Part shown: piece by piece, positions 58,295 through 64,000 of the stretch
Position numbering within the stretch: the stretch's first letter is position 1
How the letters are laid out: every line of letters begins with the position of its first letter
Source: Chitinophaga pinensis
GTDB taxonomy: Bacteria; Bacteroidota; Bacteroidia; Chitinophagales; Chitinophagaceae
Reading direction: 5' to 3'
Assembly: GCA_943333125.1 (NCBI GenBank)
Contig: CALQSB010000002.1
Coordinates: forward strand, 44,295 to 108,294
DNA length: 64,000 bases
The notes under the pieces: generated by a model
The model's input: the letters and a program-made list of their open reading frames with translations, nothing else
Databases searched by the model: none
What the model was told of the DNA's origin: nothing
Translations under genes and position numbers: made by a program

Positions 58295-61036
58295 ATGAGA
58301 AAAGTAAAAGGCTTTTTGGTTGCATTTTTGTTTTCCAATATTTTATTTATAGGAGCAAAAGCACAAAATGTAACTATTAACGGTAATGTAAAGCATGTAC
58401 AATCAAGTGAAAATGTATCTGCAGTTTCAGTAACAATAAAAGGAGAAGATGCTGGTACTTACACAAGTGATAAAGGCACATTTTCTATTGTTGCCAAATC
58501 TTTACCGGTAACATTAGTATTTTCATCCATTGGATTTGAATCTATGGAATTAGTTGTTTCGGATGCTTCTTCAAAAGTATCTGTAAAGCTAAAACCTGCC
58601 AGTACTTTAGGCCAGGAAGTAGTCGTTTCTGCTTCCCGTGTTGCTGAAAAAATATTGGAATCACCAGTTTCCATTGAAAGAGTTAGCTCAGCTACCATCA
58701 GGAATTCTGCTTCAGCTAATTATTACGACATCCTGAAATCTTTAAAAGGGGTAGATATTACTACATCTTCATTGACTTTTGTTACGCCTACAACACGTGG
58801 TTTCAACGGTAGTGGAAATACAAGATTTAATCAATTGGTAGATGGAATGGATAATCAGGCACCGGGTTTGAATTTTCCTGTTTCTTCGATTATTGGTTTA
58901 AGTGAGTTGGATATCGATAACATGGAATTATTGTCAGGTGCTTCTTCTGCGTTATATGGCTCTGGTGGTATGAATGGAACGTTATTAATGACCAGTAAAA
59001 ATCCATTTAAATATCAAGGACTTTCTATCATTGCAAAAGAAGGCGTAATGCATATTGGTGATGATCAACAAAATGCTTCTCCTTATCATAATTTCAGTTT
59101 AAGATGGGCAAAAAAAATCAATGATAAATTTGCTTTTAAAATAAATGCAGAGTATATCGAAGCTAAAGATTGGTTAGCATCTGATTACAGAAACTATGGA
59201 AGACTGGCTACAGGTGGTAATGTGAAAGGTGGAACAAGAGCAACCGATCCTAACTACGATGGTATAAATGTGTATGGTGATGAAACTACTATTGATATCA
59301 GATCAAATGTGTTTCCAGCAATCTCTGGATCTTTACCTTTTCTTCAGAACTTTTTAGATACGTTAAATGGTGGCCGTACTATTAATGTATCTCGTACCGG
59401 TTATCAAGAAAATCAAGTGATAAACCCAACAACCATCAACTTTAAATTGGGTGGTTCTTTGCATTATAAATTGTCTTCTAAAACTGAAGCTATCCTTGCC
59501 GGTTATTGGGGAACAGGTAACACTACTTATACCGGAAGCGAAAGATATTCTTTGGAGAATTTTAAAATGGGACAATACAAACTAGAATTAAATAATAAAG
59601 ACTGGAATTTCAGAGTATTCACCACCCAAGAAAATTCAGGAAATTCTTACAACACAACTGTAGCCACTAGATTGTTCAATGAAAGCTGGAAGGCGAGTGG
59701 CGGCTCAAATGGATGGTATGCACAATATACACAGGCTTATGTGAATGCAAGATTAGCGGGTTATACCGATGATGTGGCTCAGTCTCAAGCAAGAGCAGCA
59801 GCTGATCAGGGTAGACCAGATTATAACAGCGCTCAATTCAAAAATTCATTTGACTCTATCAGAGCTTTAACATTGGCTGAAGGCGGTGCCAAGCTGGTTG
59901 ATCATTCTAAATTGTATAGTGCTGATGGAAGTTATAATCTTACTAAGTTTACACACAAGTATGCAGACGTGATTGTTGGTGGTGTAATTAAAAACTATCA
60001 GTTAAATTCTGAAGGTAACTTATTCGCAGATGCACCTGGTTCTCCATTAAGTGTTACAGAGTTTGGCGGATATGTTCAAGCGACTAGAAAATTAGGAGAG
60101 AAAATCAAACTAGCGGTTTCTGGTCGTTATGATAAAAATCAAAACTTCAAAGGACGATTTACTCCAAGAGCAACCGCTACTTATAAATTGGCTCCTTTCA
60201 ATCACTTGAGAATGTCTTATCAAACTGCTTATCGTTTCCCATCCAATCAACAACAGTTTATTGATTTGAATGTGGGTAGTAGCGTAAGATTACTAGGAGG
60301 AAATGAATTGTTTAAAACCAGATATAATTTCAGCAACCAACTTTATGATTTGAACAGTTTCAGTGTAGGTCAAGTAGTAAAATATGATTGGACACAATTA
60401 AAGCCTGAATCACTTTCTTCTTTTGAGGTGGGTTACAAAGGATTGTTGATGGGTGGAAAATTATTGATTGATGTTTATGGATATTGGGGACAATACCAGG
60501 ATTTCTTGGGAAGAAAGTTAGTAGCTCAGTTTAAAGACGGAGTTATTCCAGCTACTGGATTGTCTGATACTACCAACAGATATTATTCATTGCCTGTAAA
60601 CACATCGGATAAAGTTAAAACTCATGGTTTTGGCTTAAGTCTGGATTACAGATTACCTAAAAACTTTAATGTAGGGATGAACTTAGCTTCTGACGTACTC
60701 CAGGATGTGCCAGAAGATTTTGTTGCTTATTTTAATGCACCAAAATATAAAGCAAACGCATACTTTGGGAATACAGGTTTTGGCCCGGCCAACAGAATGG
60801 GTTTCAATGTAAATTACAGATGGCAGCAAGCTTTATTGTATGAAGGCGATTTTGCAACAGGCAATTTACCTGCAGTTAATAACGTAGATGCACAGGTTAG
60901 TTACAAATTCCCAAAAACAAAATCTATTATTAAATTAGGCGCGAATAATTTGTTCAACTCTTATTACTACGATGCTATTGGTAATTCACACATCGGCGGA
61001 TTGTACTACGTAAGCTTTGGATTTAACGTGTATTAA
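58295..61036 (+). CDS. TonB-dependent receptor with N-terminal carboxypeptidase-regulatory-like domain
   Basis: Signal AKA|Q; G.V..V...V.IKG...GT.T; EVVVSASR; plug RGFN...LVDGMDN...ELL.GASSALYG; barrel ending GGLYYVSFGFNVY. ATG 58295 preferred over TTG 58262. Confidence 0.92.
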   Translation: MRKVKGFLVAFLFSNILFIGAKAQNVTINGNVKHVQSSENVSAVSVTIKGEDAGTYTSDKGTFSIVAKSLPVTLVFSSIGFESMELVVSDASSKVSVKLKPASTLGQEVVVSASRVAEKILESPVSIERVSSATIRNSASANYYDILKSLKGVDITTSSLTFVTPTTRGFNGSGNTRFNQLVDGMDNQAPGLNFPVSSIIGLSELDIDNMELLSGASSALYGSGGMNGTLLMTSKNPFKYQGLSIIAKEGVMHIGDDQQNASPYHNFSLRWAKKINDKFAFKINAEYIEAKDWLASDYRNYGRLATGGNVKGGTRATDPNYDGINVYGDETTIDIRSNVFPAISGSLPFLQNFLDTLNGGRTINVSRTGYQENQVINPTTINFKLGGSLHYKLSSKTEAILAGYWGTGNTTYTGSERYSLENFKMGQYKLELNNKDWNFRVFTTQENSGNSYNTTVATRLFNESWKASGGSNGWYAQYTQAYVNARLAGYTDDVAQSQARAAADQGRPDYNSAQFKNSFDSIRALTLAEGGAKLVDHSKLYSADGSYNLTKFTHKYADVIVGGVIKNYQLNSEGNLFADAPGSPLSVTEFGGYVQATRKLGEKIKLAVSGRYDKNQNFKGRFTPRATATYKLAPFNHLRMSYQTAYRFPSNQQQFIDLNVGSSVRLLGGNELFKTRYNFSNQLYDLNSFSVGQVVKYDWTQLKPESLSSFEVGYKGLLMGGKLLIDVYGYWGQYQDFLGRKLVAQFKDGVIPATGLSDTTNRYYSLPVNTSDKVKTHGFGLSLDYRLPKNFNVGMNLASDVLQDVPEDFVAYFNAPKYKANAYFGNTGFGPANRMGFNVNYRWQQALLYEGDFATGNLPAVNNVDAQVSYKFPKTKSIIKLGANNLFNSYYYDAIGNSHIGGLYYVSFGFNVY

Positions 61037-61058
61037 TAATTAGAAATTTAAAAAGCCT

Positions 61059-61076
61059 GCCCCGAAAGCTCGGGGT
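61059..61076 (+). other. Intercistronic GC-rich hairpin without a U-tract
   Basis: GCCCCGA-AAGC-TCGGGGT followed by an A-run; possibly an mRNA stabiliser or processing site. Confidence 0.5.
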
Positions 61077-61119
61077 AAAAATTTAAAAAAGACCGTTTAA
61101 AATTAAAAAATAAATCAAC

Positions 61120-62370
61120 ATGAAAAATATAAAATTAAGTTTACTAGGAGTAGTATCAGCATTACTGTTGTTAACTGCTTCTTGTAATAAAGAACTGGAG
61201 CAATTTCCGGATAATAATTTGGTCACTCCAGGTACTGGTCCAAAATTAGACCAGGCTTTACAAACTAACCCTAACTACAGCTTATATTATGCTTTGGTAG
61301 TTAGAGGAGGTCAGTTAAGTATGATTAGTGACAGTACTAAATCATTTACCATGTTTGTTCCGGGGAATGATGGGGTTAAGCAATTAATCAGCGCTTTGTC
61401 AGGTGGATTTATTCCTGTGAATGCGCCTGATGCTGTTTTTTTAGGATTTATCAATTCACAAATTCCTGTAGAGCAGGCAGCAGTTTTAGTGCAATATAAT
61501 ACGATTCCACAGTTGATCAAATCAACTAGTATTGCTCCCATGTTTCCTAATTTCTTTTATCCTTCTGCATTTAATCCTTTGCCAACCGCAAGTTCATTAT
61601 TAAGATTGGGTGTTTGTCCTTCTGTGATCAATGGTGCCTGGTTTAATAATGTGCCAATTGTTCACCCGGATGAATTGGCTTCTAATGGAGTTATTCATCA
61701 AACACTTACATTATCAATTCCTGGTCAGCGCACGCTATGGGACAGAATTAGTTCAGATACTAACCTTACTTATTTGAAAGCGGCTGTGGATAGAGCGGAT
61801 AGTGGTGCAGCACCTGGAACTACTTTGAAAAGTTATTTAAACAATGAGCCACCTAATCTTACGGTATTTTCTCCATTGACCGTATTTGCTCCGGTTGATT
61901 CTGCATTTAAGAAAATATTGACTGGTTTAATCGCACAAGGTCTTATTGCTGCAGGTTTACCTCCACAACAAGCCATTCAAATAGCTACTCAATTAGCATC
62001 AACACCGGATGTTTTCACCAATCCAGCATTGGCAACTACATTAACGCCAACAACGGTCAAAGGAATTCTTGCTTTTCATGTGTTGGGAACTAAAGCTTAC
62101 ACTAATAATTTCCCCACTACTACTACAGATGTTCCATCTCTGTTAAGTGCTTTTACTCCACACCCAGGGTTAAAAATAACATCAACATTTACACCTCCTT
62201 ATCCATTTGTTTCAGGGTTAACAGTAAAAGATACATCAACCAATCCTAATTCAAGAGCGGCAAATGTTATCATCAACACAATGCCATTGACACCAGATCC
62301 TTCAGGTACAAGTGATCAGGATTGTGTAAATGGAGTGTTACATTATATAGATAAAGTGTTGTTGCCTTAA
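61120..62370 (+). CDS. Lipoprotein with two fasciclin (FAS1) domains
   Basis: Lipobox TASC; H1 motifs FTMFVPGND and LTVFAPVDSAF; H2 motifs ASNGVIHQ and VNGVLHYIDKVLLP. Confidence 0.9.
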   Translation: MKNIKLSLLGVVSALLLLTASCNKELEQFPDNNLVTPGTGPKLDQALQTNPNYSLYYALVVRGGQLSMISDSTKSFTMFVPGNDGVKQLISALSGGFIPVNAPDAVFLGFINSQIPVEQAAVLVQYNTIPQLIKSTSIAPMFPNFFYPSAFNPLPTASSLLRLGVCPSVINGAWFNNVPIVHPDELASNGVIHQTLTLSIPGQRTLWDRISSDTNLTYLKAAVDRADSGAAPGTTLKSYLNNEPPNLTVFSPLTVFAPVDSAFKKILTGLIAQGLIAAGLPPQQAIQIATQLASTPDVFTNPALATTLTPTTVKGILAFHVLGTKAYTNNFPTTTTDVPSLLSAFTPHPGLKITSTFTPPYPFVSGLTVKDTSTNPNSRAANVIINTMPLTPDPSGTSDQDCVNGVLHYIDKVLLP

Positions 62371-62394
62371 GCGAATAAAAAACATACTATAGAA

Positions 62395-62423
62395 AGGCTC
62401 GTGGAAACACGGGCTTTTTTTTT
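62395..62423 (+). terminator. Intrinsic terminator after the fasciclin gene
   Basis: AGGCTCGTG-GAAA-CACGGGCTT stem followed by a T-run. Confidence 0.85.
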
Positions 62424-62475
62424 GGCCCCCTAATCCCCCAAAGTAGCCCCCTCAATCCCCCGAAGGGGGACTTTT
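62424..62475 (+). repeat. REP-like family A, one partial and one full tandem copy
   Basis: GGCCCCCTAATCCCCCAAAG then TAGCCCCCTCAATCCCCCGAAGGGGGACTTTT. Confidence 0.8.
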
Positions 62476-62546
62476 CGATATAGGTAAAAAAGAAAAATTA
62501 TTGACTGAAATTGAATTATTAATGTTGTTGGAGCATTGTTTTAATT

Positions 62547-62718
62547 GCCCACGGTTTCAACCGGAGAAGAAGAAAAAAAAAGTAAGTTCAGCAGGTTAGA
62601 GCACCTCACCCCCGACCCCTCTCCTGAAGGCAAAGGGGAGCAAAAAGAATTATTTTCTGAATTAAGATCCGAAGAATATGATTAATTAATTTCTCCACCC
62701 ACCGTTGAAACGGTGGGC
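62547..62718. repeat. Inverted pair of REP-like family B palindromes enclosing a family C palindrome
   Basis: GCCCACGGTTTCAACCGG (62547-62564) and the inverted CCCACCGTTGAAACGGTGGGC (62698-62718); CCTCACCCCCGACCCCTCTCCTGAAGGCAAAGGGGA at 62604-62639. Confidence 0.75.
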
Positions 62719-62910
62719 TAAATATAAATACTGATCGAGAAAAACAAACAGAAAAATAGTTCTAAATGGATGATAATTTCTATTAATTACAAAAGTCTGA
62801 TTCAGCGTATAATGCAACATCTTGAACCTATTGAACCTCTGAAACCTTTTCAACAATCTACAAACAAAAAACAATTCGTCAATCCCTGATTAACCCAACA
62901 AAACACAATC

Positions 62911-62940
62911 AAAGTCCCCCTTTGGGGGATTTAGGGGGCA
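62911..62940 (-). repeat. REP-like family A copy supplying the stop codon of glutaminyl cyclase
   Basis: Minus strand TGCCCCCTAAATCCCCCAAAGGGGGACTTT; GCC CCC TAA are the last codons of the ORF. Confidence 0.82.
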
Positions 62941-63740
62941 ACCCTCACCTCAAACATCTTCGGCCACCTTTTACCGGTAATCAAAAAGTTTTTGGTAGTG
63001 CTGTCATAAGCAATGCCATTTAATACATCTGTTCTATTGGGAACAACATCTGATTGTTGTAATAGTCCATTCATGGTTATCTTTCCAATAACATGACCGC
63101 TTTCGGCATCGATTTTTACAATGAAATTGGTTTGATATACATTGGCATAAATAAATCCATTTACATATTCCAGTTCGTTAAGCATATTTACAGGTCCCTG
63201 ATCATCTTTAACTGAAATGGTGCTTTTAACTTTAAATGTTTCGGGGTCTACAAAGTAAATGTTTGAGGTGCCATCGCTGATAATTAAACTTGTTGTATCA
63301 TGAGTTAATCCCCATCCTTCATAAGGCCAGTTAAATGTTTTTATTGGCTTTTCAATATTATTGATGTCGTATACATAAACAACATTGCTTTCCCAAGTCA
63401 ACTGATATATTTTATTGTTGAAAATAGTTATGCCCTCGCCGAATATTTTATCAGATCCCATGACATGCTTTTTTTCAATATTTCCTGTACGCCAGTCGGT
63501 GATGCGTAAAGATGAATTTTCGAAATCACCGGTACCTTCATACAATTTACCATTATAAATTTCAAGTCCTTGTGTATAGGCGCTGGTATCATGTGCAAAC
63601 TGGCTTAACACCTGATAATTAATCGTCTGTGGCGCATCAATCCCGATATGCGGAGTTACAATTTCTGGGTCATGATCGGGCGTGCTGCTATTATTACAGG
63701 AAAATAAAAATGCAGCTCCAATTAGGTATAAGTACTTCAT
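62931..63740 (-). CDS. Glutaminyl-peptide cyclotransferase (type I QC), lipoprotein
   Basis: Lipobox LFSC; HDT.AYTQGL, FGEGIT, QLTWE, EGWGLT, SDG, LNELE, NGIAYD, TGKRWP. Confidence 0.94.
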   Translation of the reverse strand: MKYLYLIGAAFLFSCNNSSTPDHDPEIVTPHIGIDAPQTINYQVLSQFAHDTSAYTQGLEIYNGKLYEGTGDFENSSLRITDWRTGNIEKKHVMGSDKIFGEGITIFNNKIYQLTWESNVVYVYDINNIEKPIKTFNWPYEGWGLTHDTTSLIISDGTSNIYFVDPETFKVKSTISVKDDQGPVNMLNELEYVNGFIYANVYQTNFIVKIDAESGHVIGKITMNGLLQQSDVVPNRTDVLNGIAYDSTTKNFLITGKRWPKMFEVRVAP

Positions 63741-63757
63741 GATGAGTGATTAGGCAG

Positions 63758-63765
63758 CAAAAATA
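63758..63765 (-). promoter_or_regulatory. Sigma-A -7 box (TATTTTTG) for the QC gene
   Basis: Exact TAnnTTTG 17 nt upstream of the ATG. Confidence 0.6.
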
Positions 63766-64000
63766 GGCATTGAACAACAGCAGCCGAGAAAAAAAACAAA
63801 ATAATTACTTAAAATCTTGCATTTTGAATTTTAAGTTTCTACTTTTATATCACCTCTGAGACAATATTTATCTTTCTCGCAAAACTTAAATGTTGCTCCA
63901 ATTCCAATCCTCTAAGATTTTAACCAGATCACCCAAAGAATTCAAATCCTCTCCAAAAGCTGTACAATATCGTATTGAAAAATGATTTTCATTTAATCAT

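Noticed and set aside
311-59575. The many 60-180 aa ORFs in the track that overlap long genes on the opposite strand or in another frame
   Set aside because: Fully nested in well-supported CDSs, with no recognisable motifs; typical shadow ORFs.
58295-61036. Calling the TBDR a SusC of a polysaccharide utilisation locus
   Set aside because: No SusC-specific signature recognised, and no SusD or glycoside hydrolase nearby.
63886-63996. 36-codon minus-strand open stretch at the window end (LNENHFSIRYC...WNWSNI)
   Set aside because: Preceded by an in-frame TGA at 63997-63999 with no start codon and no recognisable family; cannot be judged without flanking sequence.
1-64000. tRNA, rRNA, riboswitch, transposase or prophage genes
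   Set aside because: None recognised in any intergenic gap or ORF by eye; a covariance-model search (Infernal/Rfam, tRNAscan-SE) would be needed to exclude small RNAs.

Overview
Bacteroidota chromosomal segment, probably Chitinophagaceae-like (inferred from T9SS cargo, TAnnTTTG promoters, UpxY and the Gln-after-signal-peptide pattern), with two parts. (1) About 1-41.1 kb, all on the + strand: a 5'-truncated large T9SS-secreted beta-helix protein, a 70-aa PID-CTERM sorting-signal protein, and a ~36-kb surface-glycan locus. The locus encodes Wza, Wzc, UpxY, Fcl, a Wzm/Wzt ABC exporter, a Wzy/WaaL-like membrane protein, about 12 glycosyltransferases (incl. GT10- and GT11-like), about 12 tailoring enzymes (6 methyltransferase-like, 3 acyltransferases, 2 AsnB-like amidotransferases, 1 carbamoyltransferase), an embedded exosortase (XrtY type) and a PHP-family tyrosine phosphatase. 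It has no recognisable Wzx, priming transferase or gmd. (2) About 41.2-64 kb: mostly housekeeping and envelope genes (mtaB, 2-oxoacid dehydrogenase E2, cinA, purC, a TPR/beta-barrel pair, an HU-like membrane protein, a SET-domain protein, a TonB-dependent receptor with a fasciclin lipoprotein, glutaminyl cyclase), with several short REP-like repeat families in the intergenic gaps. The best candidate for a poorly understood system is the exosortase plus its only visible substrate, a predicted ~15-residue Pro/Asp/Cys peptide, bracketing an ABC-export glycan pathway beside a T9SS cargo gene. No rRNA, tRNA, CRISPR array, transposase or integrase was seen. All calls come from motif recognition by eye; no searches were run.
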